A stretch of DNA of 52,689 nt from Acidobacteriota bacterium (GTDB taxonomy: Bacteria > Acidobacteriota > UBA6911 > JACQSX01): positions 1 through 52,689 of the forward strand of contig DASXQR010000160.1 of the NCBI GenBank assembly GCA_036507075.1. The letters run 5' to 3'. Positions 43,217 through 52,688 of the stretch are shown here, one piece after another. A program made the position numbers and the translations under genes. Every line of letters starts with the position of its first letter. The first letter of the stretch is position 1. The notes below the pieces were generated by a model. The model worked only from the letters and a program-made list of their open reading frames with translations. It had not been told where the DNA came from and searched no databases.

Positions 43217-44331
43217 GGTTGCCTCTTTGCAGCTCTTTTCACGACGGTGACGGCGCGCATGATTGCGTCGCGCTCACCGAAGCCTCCGGACTTGGTCACG
43301 ATGATTTTTCCCTCGGCCGGTCCGCCCATGAGCACCCCGTAAGGGATTCCCGGCAGGATTTCGGAACGAAGCCGGATTCCTTTCACCTGCAGGATATCGC
43401 AGACAAGGCTCACCGTGTCGCCGCCCGACACAAAAAGCGGCGCGGCGGTCATCTGCAGCAGGTCATGGCACCATTGCGTGAATCCCCGGCGCTCCATCCG
43501 ATCCCAGTTAAGATCGATAACCACATCCGTTCCGGATTCAACAGCAGAGCGTATCTGCGGCAGTGGCGCCATCGGCTCGACACGCGCGGCTCCGGCGGCG
43601 CGGATAAAGTATTGCAACTGCTCCTGTGTTGCCGGATGTGTGGTTCCCATAATCAACAGGACGGCTGCGGCGCCTGCCGAAACCACGCTTGCGCTCGAAG
43701 CGTTTCCCACCGGCCCAAGCCTGCTCGCAAGCGCCCGCGCCAGTCCGGCCGAACCGCAAAACAACAGCGGAGGCTCGAGCGCCAGGGCGCAACTGGCGAT
43801 CCGATCAAGATCGGAATCGGTTGAGGCATCGACAATTGTGATGCCTTCGTCAAGATCCGCGCCTTCAAACTCGGACAACGGCAATTGACGAACGCCGGCC
43901 ACTCCCTGGTCGCGGAGCTGCCGCGCGATATCCACTTCGATAGCGGAAGCTTCCAGAACACGAAGCCGCCCGTCTTCTACGACGCGCTTCATCTGCGGGA
44001 AGGCCGGACAGACCACGGCCCGCGTGCGGCGACAGGTACTCATGGCCGCCGATAACTCTGTGCCGATGTTTCCACGCATCGTCGAATCGATCTTTTTATA
44101 AATGAGCTGCCGGGCCGTCGGGGAGAAAACTTCGCACACCCGCGACACGGCTGCAGCCGCCTCAGCCGGCTGCAGATTTCGGCTCTCGGTCGTGAAAATG
44201 GCGACATCGTCGGTTGCCGGCACAGCGCTGCCCCAGTCCAGCCACACGATTGCCGCCGGACTGCAGGCGGCAAACTGTACCCCCACATCGCATGCTCCCG
44301 TCAAATCATCAGCAATGACGAAGACTCGCAT
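43213..44331 (-). CDS. Four-carbon acid sugar kinase family (DUF1537, DtnK/DenK-like)
   Basis: IADDLTGACD, TESR, YKKIDSTMRGN, PAFP, GSAGLA, SGGDT, TKSGGFG; ATGA overlap with pdxA. Confidence 0.93.
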   Translation of the reverse strand: MRVFVIADDLTGACDVGVQFAACSPAAIVWLDWGSAVPATDDVAIFTTESRNLQPAEAAAAVSRVCEVFSPTARQLIYKKIDSTMRGNIGTELSAAMSTCRRTRAVVCPAFPQMKRVVEDGRLRVLEASAIEVDIARQLRDQGVAGVRQLPLSEFEGADLDEGITIVDASTDSDLDRIASCALALEPPLLFCGSAGLARALASRLGPVGNASSASVVSAGAAAVLLIMGTTHPATQEQLQYFIRAAGAARVEPMAPLPQIRSAVESGTDVVIDLNWDRMERRGFTQWCHDLLQMTAAPLFVSGGDTVSLVCDILQVKGIRLRSEILPGIPYGVLMGGPAEGKIIVTKSGGFGERDAIMRAVTVVKRAAKRQP

Positions 44332-44336
44332 ATCAT

Positions 44337-44563
44337 GATTATTCAAAAACTTCACCGCAAAGAGCGCCAGGAACGCCAAGCCAGCGCGGGTTTAATAAAC
44401 CAAGCCGCGCCCGTCAGCAAGCGGACCAGCCGATCTCGTCAACTGTTGCCGTGAGCGGTGGCATTACTCGTTGTCCCGCGGATCCGCGTGCTGACGCGCG
44501 CGGCTCAGCTTGTTGCGCGCACCTTGGCGCTCTTAGCGCCTTTCGCGAAGTTTTTGAATAATC
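44337..44563. repeat. Nested composite: 9-bp-period IR enclosing an AGCCGCGCCCGTCAGCAAGCGG REP-like doublet
   Basis: gattattcaaaaacttcaccgcaaagagcgccaggaacgccaag ... agccgcgcccgtcagcaagcgga ... tccgcgtgctgacgcgcgcggct ... cttggcgctcttagcgcctttcgcgaagtttttgaataatc. Confidence 0.92.
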
Positions 44564-44633
44564 CGGCTACAGGGGTCCGGCAGTAAGAAGAATATCACTT
44601 GCTTGTTTTTTCCTTGTGAAGTCGGCCCTTTTT

Positions 44634-44769
44634 GCTTTCACCGCCGAGGCGCTGAGCACGCCGAGGTTCGCAGAGACTTTGGCTGCAGACTCGGCGAAAC
44701 TCGGCGATCTCGGCGCCTCGGCGGTGAAAGCCCACGCCCTTGCGGGACGTGGCTCTGTGCTTCGCGTGC
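44634..44769. repeat. 9-bp-period IR (CGCCGAG type, 44634-44731) abutting a REP arm identical in part to 15363-15409
   Basis: gctttcaccgccgaggcgctgagcacgccgag ... ctcggcgatctcggcgcctcggcggtgaaagc then ccacgcccttgcgggacgtggctc. Confidence 0.92.
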
Positions 44770-44860
44770 CAAGCCGGCTTGTGATATCTTCCGCAGGATA
44801 ACTGCTGTATTAGTCAATCCTCTTTCAACGATTGATGGTTCTTCAAGAAAGGAGATAACC

Positions 44861-47395
44861 GTGCAGGCGATCCGTCCGCTTTCGCTTATTCTCGTCACCA
44901 GTTTGATAGCGCTGGCTCTTACCGCCGTCCCTCAGGCAGCAACGCTTATTTTCCAAGGCGCCGCCAATACCTCCGACAATGTTCCTCCGGTGACCGGGCC
45001 CGCTGCCAATGGCTACTGCCCGTTCAACTTTACGATCGACTATCAGACGGATTCCGCCGGCAATGTAACCTCCTCCAGGATCGTAAGAGTCGACGTTTTG
45101 GCGACGCTCTTCCCCAGCACGTCCTTGACCATAACGGGAATGCATCTTCACTCCGGCGAACCGGGGGTGACCGGTCCTGTGCTGGTCGACCTGGGAGTGA
45201 CTTCTGGAACCTCGCTTCAGTTTGACCGTGGATGGGCCGCAGTGACTCGATCCAACATCAGCGTGTCTTCTGAGGGGACACTCATCATTGCTAACACTCC
45301 CCAGAATGTTTATCTGGACGTTCATTTTTCCGATGGAAGCGGCGCGCGCGGACAACTGAACACCTTCACGGGCACACCGCAGGAATACGTATTCTTCCAC
45401 GACCCTAATTCAATTCTTCCCGGTCGCTCGCTGGTGGCGGCAGCCCGAAGCAGCCTGAGCGGCGTTTTCTTCGAGAATGCGCACGGCGGTGTGCTGCCCT
45501 ATGCTCACCCTCACCCGTCCAGCAGCCAGGGTTTTCAGATCAATTCGCCCTTCACCCAGAACATTTTTTTTCCGGAAACGTCGCCCAACGGGCGGGCCTT
45601 TTTAATCCCGGGGCCCACGCTGCCCTTAAACGGTTCACCCGGCGACGATCTGTTCGTTTTGGGTGGTGGCGGCGTGATTATCGACGGGCGGCAGGGGAAC
45701 GACCTTATTTCCGGCGGGACAGGCAACGACACAATTCTTGGTGGACCGGGTAACGACACCCTTCTCGGCGGCAGCGGAAACGATGTGCTCCTTGGCAACA
45801 GCGGCAATAACATTCTTGGCGGGGATGATGGGAACGATCTGCTGTTCGGAGGGTCCGGACGTCTCAACGTCAACGGCGGCGCCGGGGATGACATTGTACA
45901 AGTCAACCAGGGAGAGATTCAAAGCGGCACGATATTTGATGGCGGCACGGGAAACGACACGCTGCTGTTCGGACCAGGGTTTCCTGTGGGGGACATTTCC
46001 GGGTCTCAGATCACAGACACTCTAACAGGCGGGACCGCATCATACAGCAATTTTGAAAAAACAGAGTTCCTCACTCCGTTTGGCGTGGTTGGCAACGGAG
46101 GCGGCATCAAGTTCTCATTCCTGGGGACCAATCCCTCCCAAACGGTCACCATCAACGGCTCGATAGATCTGATCGATCCACAGGGGGCGCCGCTGACGAT
46201 TGAGTTTAATCCGCGCCCGACGCAAAAGTACGCCGTGCGCAGCCGTGTTGACTTCAGCATTCCTCCTTTGGGAAGCGTCATCATCGAAAGCGACGGCCAG
46301 GGACCAGTCGTCAACGGGTCGGCGCAGGTGCGCACCGATCGTCCGATGGGGGGTGTTAACCGCTTCACCGTTCCGGGCCTGGGAATTGCAGGAGTGGGGG
46401 CCAGTCCCATCGCCGATGGTTTCGTGATTCCGGTGGTTCGTAATATTTTGAGCGGTTTGAGCACCGGCATCGCGGTTGCCACCTTTTCCACTCGAGCAAC
46501 ATTGCGAATAACGCTGAAGCGTTCCGACGGCGTTGTGGCCCGCCAGAAGCTGATGAACCTGGCGGCTAACGGGAGTACTTCCCTGTATGTGCACGAGCTT
46601 TTCTCCGATCTGGGGAATTTCGAAGGCACGATGCTGGTGGAAGGAGGCCCGCTGTATGCCACCGCCATCCAGCTCGGATCAAAGCCGGGAGAATTTACTA
46701 CGCTGCCGATCATCCCTCTCAATCTGCCTGCAATCAGCTCGGTCTTTTTCGGGCAGTTCGGCAACGGCGGCGGAGTGATTTCGTCGTTTTTCCTGGTCAA
46801 CGGCTCACAGACCGCGCGGGCCAGGGGAGAGCTGCTCTTTTTCGATAATGACGGGAATCCTGTTTCCGTGTCGATCAACGGGGCGTCTCCTTCCAGCCGG
46901 TCGGCGTTTGACATTCCCGCCGGCGGCAGCGCCATTCTCGCCACAGACGGAAGCGGGTCTGTGGTAGTCGGATCGGCGCGCGCCACCATGACGGAAGGTA
47001 CCGCCGGCGGCGTGCTGCGGTTCACGCTTCCGGGAATCGGGATTGCGGGCGTGGGAGCCAGCCGGCCGGTTACCGGGTTTATCATCCCCGTGCGTCGAAG
47101 CCGCTCGGCCGGTTTGAACACCGGCATCGCCATGGCCAGCACGGGAACGGCCGGGCGACTCACACTGGTCCTGCGCAGAACCAACGGCCAGGTGGCCGCA
47201 AACGCCAGCATCGACCTGAAGATCAACGGCCATTTTGCGCTTTTCATTGACGAGATCTTCGCCAGTTTCGACAGCTCGGAATTTGAAGGCGTGCTGACCG
47301 GCACGCTCGACACCGGCACTGCCGCGGGAACCGCAATCGAAGTAGGCACTCAGGCAGGACAATTCACCACCATGCCGATTACGCAGCTGCAATGA
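44861..47395 (+). CDS. Secreted protein: CHRD-like domain, RTX-type Ca-binding nonapeptides, two tandem ~215-aa C-terminal domains
   Basis: RBS AAGGAG + GTG; signal peptide; ITGMHLH.G..GVTGPV..YLDVH..RGQL; GGTGNDTIL/GGPGNDTLL/GGSGNDVLL; duplicated GNGGG...GIAGVGAS...FTT(L/M)PI. Confidence 0.87.
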   Translation: MQAIRPLSLILVTSLIALALTAVPQAATLIFQGAANTSDNVPPVTGPAANGYCPFNFTIDYQTDSAGNVTSSRIVRVDVLATLFPSTSLTITGMHLHSGEPGVTGPVLVDLGVTSGTSLQFDRGWAAVTRSNISVSSEGTLIIANTPQNVYLDVHFSDGSGARGQLNTFTGTPQEYVFFHDPNSILPGRSLVAAARSSLSGVFFENAHGGVLPYAHPHPSSSQGFQINSPFTQNIFFPETSPNGRAFLIPGPTLPLNGSPGDDLFVLGGGGVIIDGRQGNDLISGGTGNDTILGGPGNDTLLGGSGNDVLLGNSGNNILGGDDGNDLLFGGSGRLNVNGGAGDDIVQVNQGEIQSGTIFDGGTGNDTLLFGPGFPVGDISGSQITDTLTGGTASYSNFEKTEFLTPFGVVGNGGGIKFSFLGTNPSQTVTINGSIDLIDPQGAPLTIEFNPRPTQKYAVRSRVDFSIPPLGSVIIESDGQGPVVNGSAQVRTDRPMGGVNRFTVPGLGIAGVGASPIADGFVIPVVRNILSGLSTGIAVATFSTRATLRITLKRSDGVVARQKLMNLAANGSTSLYVHELFSDLGNFEGTMLVEGGPLYATAIQLGSKPGEFTTLPIIPLNLPAISSVFFGQFGNGGGVISSFFLVNGSQTARARGELLFFDNDGNPVSVSINGASPSSRSAFDIPAGGSAILATDGSGSVVVGSARATMTEGTAGGVLRFTLPGIGIAGVGASRPVTGFIIPVRRSRSAGLNTGIAMASTGTAGRLTLVLRRTNGQVAANASIDLKINGHFALFIDEIFASFDSSEFEGVLTGTLDTGTAAGTAIEVGTQAGQFTTMPITQLQ

Positions 47396-49782
47396 GAAGA
47401 ATATCGCTTACTTTCTTTTTCCTTGTGATCGCCGGATTAGGCCTTGAGCGCTTGACAAGCACTATCACCCTCCTCGGGCAGGAGAATTCCAAAATCAAGA
47501 TCCACGAGAAAGTGCCGATCAAGGCACAGTCATTCGACCTAAAGGCCGTGCGGCTGCTCGACGGTCCGTTCCGCGATGCCATGCTGCGCGACCAGAAATA
47601 CCTTCTCAGCATCGAGGCAGACCGGTTGTTGCACAATTTCCGCGTCAATGCGGGCCTGCCCTCGTCGGCCAAGCCGCTCGGCGGATGGGAGGCTCCGGAT
47701 ATCGAACTGCGGGGCCACAGCCTCGGTCATTATCTCTCCGCGTGCGCCCTGATGTACGAAAGCGCCGGTGACGAGGAACTGAAATCAAGGGCGCAGCGGA
47801 TTGTCGCTGAGCTGGCAAAGATTCAGGAGGCGATGCCTTCACGCGGCTTTCATCCTGGTTATTTGTCGGCGTTTCCTGAAGAGTTCTTCGATCGCGTAGA
47901 TGCCCGCCAGCGTGTCTGGGCGCCTTATTACACGCTGCACAAGATCATGGCCGGGTTGTTGGACGTGCACCTCGTTTTCGGAAATCAACAGGCCCTTGAC
48001 GTGTTGATGAAGCTGGCGGATTGGGTCAAGTTCCGGGTGGATCGTCTCACTGAAGAACAACAGCAGCGCGCCCTCGGCACGGAATTTGGCGGGATGAACG
48101 AAGTACTGGCAAACCTGTATGCCGTCACGGGTAACCCGGAACATTTGCGCATCGCGCGCAAATTCGACCACCGAGCCGTGTTTGACCCGCTCGCCCGCCT
48201 CGAAGATCCACTCAACGGCCTTCACGCCAACACTCAAATACCGAAGGCGATCGGTGCCGCGCGCGAATACGAACTCACTGGAGAAAGCCGCTATTACGAT
48301 ATTGCAAGCTTCTTCTGGGAACGCGTCGCGCTCTACCGGTCCTACGTCATCGGCGGCCACAGTGATGGTGAGGCTTTCTTTCCTGTCGAGCAGTTCTCAA
48401 AGCACCTGGGCGCCGCAAGCACCGAGACCTGCAACACATACAACATGCTCAAGCTGACCCGCCGCCTTTTTAGCTGGAACCCGTCGGCGCGAACCATGGA
48501 TTTTTATGAGCGCGGATTGTACAACCACATCCTCGCTTCACAGGATCCGGCTACCGGCATGGTGATCTACTATCTGCCGCTCAGACCGGGCGCTTTCAAA
48601 ACCTTCTCTACTCCGGACCAGTCGTTTTGGTGCTGCGTCGGCACGGGAATGGAAAACCACGCCAAGTATGGTGAGACGATCTACTTCCATGACAACCAGT
48701 CGCTCTATGTGAATCTCTTCATTCCTTCCGAGCTGCGCTGGAAACAGAAAGGATTGACCGTGCGGCAGGAAACCCGATTTCCCGAAGAAGACGCGACGCG
48801 GCTTACACTGAAATCTGAAAAGCCCGTCAAGCTGGCTTTGAAGCTTCGCTATCCGTCATGGGCCAAATCAGGAATCATGCTCACAGTCAACGGCAAGATC
48901 CAGCCTGTGCAAGACCTACCTGGGTCCTACGTGACGATCGATCGCCAATGGAAAAACGGCGACACAGTGCAGATGCGCCTGCCGATGAGCCTGCAGATGG
49001 AGGCGATGCCGGATGACCCGAACGTGGTCGCGCTGCTATACGGGCCGATTGTGCTGGCGGGTGACCTTGGCAAGGAGGGTCTGGACAACAGCAGGCGATA
49101 TGGTCCCAACGCGCCTCAGATGGGGCGCGTGAAGCCGATTGAAATTCCCGTCTTCGTTTGTGATCGGAATGCAGTGCCGGCAAACGTAAAGCCGTTGGCC
49201 GGGACGCCACTGGGCTTCGAAACCAGTGGAATCGGCCAGCCTCGGGATGTCTCACTGATACCCTTATATAAAGTGTTCGAGCAACGCTATACCGTCTACT
49301 GGAAAGTTTATTCAACTGAGGGGTGGGAAAAGAAGAAGGCCGAGATTGCCGCCGCGGCGGCTCGGCGCAAGGATATCGAGCAACGTACGGTCGACGCAAT
49401 CACCCCGGCCGAGCCGGAAAGCGAACGCGCGCACAATTATCAAAGCGAGAATGCCAGTGAGGGTTATTTCGAGGGTAGAAGATGGCGCGCCGCGCGCAAC
49501 GGCTGGTTTAGTTATCAGCTCAAGGTGAACCGGGAGAAACCATCCACTCTGGTCTGCACCTACAGAGGCAGCGAAGGGCGCGCGCCCCGCAGCTTCGACA
49601 TCCTGGTAGACGGCGAACGAATCGCTACCCAGACGCTCGAGAACCATCCCACCGAGTTCTTCGACGTCGAGTATCCGCTGCCTGAAAGCCTGACTCTCGG
49701 CAAAGAACGCATCACGGTAAAGTTTCAGTCACGTCCCGATTCCACGGCAGGCGCCGTGTTCGACATACGGATCGTGCAGTAA
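47392..49782 (+). CDS. Glycoside hydrolase, GH127/GH146-like (DUF1680, beta-L-arabinofuranosidase family)
   Basis: GGWE..ELRGH.LGHYLSA, PYYTLHK, EFGGMNE, HANTQIPK, ETCNTYNMLKL, FWCCVGTG.E. Confidence 0.93.
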   Translation: MRRISLTFFFLVIAGLGLERLTSTITLLGQENSKIKIHEKVPIKAQSFDLKAVRLLDGPFRDAMLRDQKYLLSIEADRLLHNFRVNAGLPSSAKPLGGWEAPDIELRGHSLGHYLSACALMYESAGDEELKSRAQRIVAELAKIQEAMPSRGFHPGYLSAFPEEFFDRVDARQRVWAPYYTLHKIMAGLLDVHLVFGNQQALDVLMKLADWVKFRVDRLTEEQQQRALGTEFGGMNEVLANLYAVTGNPEHLRIARKFDHRAVFDPLARLEDPLNGLHANTQIPKAIGAAREYELTGESRYYDIASFFWERVALYRSYVIGGHSDGEAFFPVEQFSKHLGAASTETCNTYNMLKLTRRLFSWNPSARTMDFYERGLYNHILASQDPATGMVIYYLPLRPGAFKTFSTPDQSFWCCVGTGMENHAKYGETIYFHDNQSLYVNLFIPSELRWKQKGLTVRQETRFPEEDATRLTLKSEKPVKLALKLRYPSWAKSGIMLTVNGKIQPVQDLPGSYVTIDRQWKNGDTVQMRLPMSLQMEAMPDDPNVVALLYGPIVLAGDLGKEGLDNSRRYGPNAPQMGRVKPIEIPVFVCDRNAVPANVKPLAGTPLGFETSGIGQPRDVSLIPLYKVFEQRYTVYWKVYSTEGWEKKKAEIAAAAARRKDIEQRTVDAITPAEPESERAHNYQSENASEGYFEGRRWRAARNGWFSYQLKVNREKPSTLVCTYRGSEGRAPRSFDILVDGERIATQTLENHPTEFFDVEYPLPESLTLGKERITVKFQSRPDSTAGAVFDIRIVQ

Positions 49783-49885
49783 ATCGATTCGATCAGTCCG
49801 CTTTAACGAGGTCATTGCTTTTCAGTTAGCCCGTCTTTCAGGGCGTGTTGCCCAAATTGAGACCGGCGAAGGCAGACACGTTCCA

Positions 49886-49977
49886 TTCAACGCAGAGACG
49901 CAAAGAACGCCGAGGTTCCGCCGAGGACTATTATTAATCTCTGCGGGGCCTGGCGTCCTCTGCGACTCTGCGGTGAA
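49886..49977. repeat. 9-bp-period inverted repeat element (CGCAGAG type)
   Basis: ttcaacgcagagacgcaaagaacgccgagg ... cctggcgtcctctgcgactctgcggtgaa. Confidence 0.88.
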
Positions 49978-50318
49978 AGCGATGTTGCGAATCACTTGAA
50001 ACCTGGACGGATTTCTCTCCAGCCGTCTTTCGGATCCCATGCACGCACCACTCGAGGGCCGTTCCGGTCGGGACATTGCTCTCGAGAATGCTTGATCTTT
50101 CCTTCAAATTCCAGGCGGCGGTGCAGGTCCCAGTATTTATCAGTGTAATACGGGTGCGATCGTAACATTCGCGGATAAGAAGATTCTCCACCGAGGCGAT
50201 AAGAAAAACTAGGCGGGTGCTGCGGGTCACGCAGAACCATATCAAACTGAAGGCTACCGAGACGATCTTCCTGACTTTGAATATCGAGAGAAGTATCTTC
50301 GAAGGTCCATCTTGTGCC

Positions 50319-52688
50319 TCATCGCAGACTGAATGCCAGTATGGTGGAGCCTGCCGCCACGCCGATGTATTGGGTGCCGTTGACCGTGTAGGTCATCGGA
50401 CCGGCCTTCCATCTCTGGCCGGTGTTGAAATGCCACAGCACTTTGCCGTTCTTCGCGTCCGCGGCGATGAAGGCGCCGCTGCCGTCTCCGTAGAAAATCA
50501 GCCCGCCGGCGGTGGCCATCAGACCACTTTCCAGAATTCCGCCGCCTACCTCCGACTCCCAAACGGTCTTTCCCGTCTGAATGTCGAGCGCCTTTAAAAA
50601 TTTGCCTGCCGTATTGCCGCCGGGAGCGCGCCGCGTGCCGCCTCCGTAGAAAGACTTCCCAGGCTCCCACCACTCGTCGTTCTTCGAATAGATCGAGCAA
50701 GACTCTTCCGCGAACATGTAGAAAAGCCCGGTTATCGGGCTGAACGCCGTTGATGTCCAGTTTGTCGCTCCTGCCACCGATGGACAGACGCGCTGGCCTT
50801 CCACGGTCGGTTCATTGCCGGGCAACAGCTTGGGACGGCCATCCGGACCGATGCCGCTCGCCCACGTAATGTTTTTGACAAATGGCTCCGCCAGCAAGAC
50901 CTTGCCTGTCAGCCGGTCCAGTACGTAGAAGAAACCGTTGCGGTTTCCCTGCAGCATCAGCTTGCGGTGCCGGCCGCGAAACTGGGCGTCGATGAGCACA
51001 GGCGTCTCGGTCGCGTCCCAGTCATGCAGGTCATGAGGCGTGAACTGGTAGTACCATTTCAGCTTTCCAGTGTCCGGATCGAGCGCCAGCACGGAGGAAC
51101 TGTAAAGGTTGTCGCCTTTGCGCTCGTCGCCGTTGTAGTCCGGGCAGGGATTGCCGGTGGGCCAGTAAAGCAGTCTCGATTCCGGATCGTAAGTTCCCGT
51201 GAGCCAGGTCGCGGCGCATCCGTGTTCGATCGCTCGCCCGACCCACGTCTCCGAACCCGGCTCGCCCCGAGCCGGGACCGTCCAGAACCGCCAGGCGTGC
51301 GTGCCGGTTGAAGCCTGGTAGGCATCGAGAAATCCCCGGATCCCTTCGTCTCCACCCGAAACGCCGGAAATCACCAGGTCGTTGACCACCAGCGGCGCGC
51401 TGGTGGCTCCGTAGTTCTGGCGAGCGTCGGCCATCTCGACGTCCCAGAGAAGCTGGCCTGTGTAGCGGTGCAGCGCGATCAGATGCGCGTTGTCGGTGAC
51501 CATGAACACCCGATCGCCGAGCAGCGCTACGCCGCGGTTGATCCCACTGGCTGCATCCCCGGCCAGGCCCGGCGTGCGAGGCCGGCTGTAATGCCAGATC
51601 TCGCGGCCACTCCGCGCATCGAGTGCGACCGCTTCATTCACTGAGGTCACATACATCACTCCGCCGGCCACAACCGGCGTGACCTCAAGATCGCGCGGAG
51701 CTCCCTGAATCGTGAACATCCACTGGGGCGCGAGACGCTGAACATTGCCGGTGTTGATCTGATCGAGCGGGCTGAAGCGATTGCCGCTTTGGTTCCCATT
51801 GTACGTCGGCCAGGTGCCGGATTTCGGTCGCGCCACATCTGCGAAAGGGATTCCTGGTCCCACTTCGGTTGTGTCGGCAAGTCTGACCTTCGCGTTTGAG
51901 TCGGTGGTGAGGCGGCTGAGGTAGGCAACCAGGTCGCGCATCTCGCTCGACGTCGCATCAACTTTAGGCATGAGCGATTTCTCGCGCGCCACTTCGACGA
52001 CTTGATCCTTCAACAGCAGGTGCAGCTTTCCATCGACACCCAGCAGTTGCAAGTCGAACGCGCTTTCATTTTTTGCCAGGCCGCGGATGGATCGGCCGTC
52101 GCGCAACCTAACAGTGACCGCGCGATACGAACCCGGTCCTCCGCCGCCGCGCGGCCCGCGACCGCGACGCGAGCCTGAGGTAACTGAGGCGCCGCCGGGA
52201 TCGCGAAGCGCCTGTTCGATCTGGGCCCGTGTCCGCTCGCGTCCGATATTAGAAAGGTCAGGACCGAGAAAGCCGCCGCGGCCCCGCACCATATGGCAAC
52301 CGGTGCAGTTCCCCTTCCCTGTGAAAAATCTTTCGCCCTCGGCGGAGTCGCCGGGCGTGGCGTCACTCGTCGCCGGAGTCTTGGCAGACGATGGTCTCAG
52401 CGACATTGTGTAAGCTGCGATAGAGTCGAGTTCCTCGTCGGATATCGGGAAAGGAGGCATGCCCCCGTTCGGGATACCCTCGCGGATCAGATTGCGCATA
52501 GCTTCCTTCGAAGTGGCGCGCGGTTGGCGGACGTCGACGATGTTGAACCCGCGCGCGCCGCCGGTTCCATCCTCGCCGTGGCAACTGGCGCAGCGGGCCT
52601 GGAACTGCCTCTTGCCGGTTTCGATCATCTGGGCGGGTGAATCTACGGCGACGAAAGCAATACAAATTGTCAGCGCAATGATTCGCAG
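50319..52688 (-). CDS. PQQ-type beta-propeller dehydrogenase fused to two N-terminal cytochrome c domains (5' end beyond window)
   Basis: CASCH, CTGCH, GPDLSNIG, WPTYNG...RFSPLDQIN, ALDARSGREIW, NRGVAL, PHDLHDWD, NRNGFFYVLDR; frame stays open to the window edge with a signal-peptide-like stretch. Confidence 0.92.
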   Translation of the reverse strand: MRIIALTICIAFVAVDSPAQMIETGKRQFQARCASCHGEDGTGGARGFNIVDVRQPRATSKEAMRNLIREGIPNGGMPPFPISDEELDSIAAYTMSLRPSSAKTPATSDATPGDSAEGERFFTGKGNCTGCHMVRGRGGFLGPDLSNIGRERTRAQIEQALRDPGGASVTSGSRRGRGPRGGGGPGSYRAVTVRLRDGRSIRGLAKNESAFDLQLLGVDGKLHLLLKDQVVEVAREKSLMPKVDATSSEMRDLVAYLSRLTTDSNAKVRLADTTEVGPGIPFADVARPKSGTWPTYNGNQSGNRFSPLDQINTGNVQRLAPQWMFTIQGAPRDLEVTPVVAGGVMYVTSVNEAVALDARSGREIWHYSRPRTPGLAGDAASGINRGVALLGDRVFMVTDNAHLIALHRYTGQLLWDVEMADARQNYGATSAPLVVNDLVISGVSGGDEGIRGFLDAYQASTGTHAWRFWTVPARGEPGSETWVGRAIEHGCAATWLTGTYDPESRLLYWPTGNPCPDYNGDERKGDNLYSSSVLALDPDTGKLKWYYQFTPHDLHDWDATETPVLIDAQFRGRHRKLMLQGNRNGFFYVLDRLTGKVLLAEPFVKNITWASGIGPDGRPKLLPGNEPTVEGQRVCPSVAGATNWTSTAFSPITGLFYMFAEESCSIYSKNDEWWEPGKSFYGGGTRRAPGGNTAGKFLKALDIQTGKTVWESEVGGGILESGLMATAGGLIFYGDGSGAFIAADAKNGKVLWHFNTGQRWKAGPMTYTVNGTQYIGVAAGSTILAFSLR

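Noticed and set aside
46006..47349. 447-aa minus-strand ORF
   Set aside because: Pro/Ser/Thr-rich antisense shadow of the Gly-rich surface protein.
1580..49977. Repeats as a CRISPR array
   Set aside because: Dispersed and inverted, with no constant repeat-spacer period and no cas genes.
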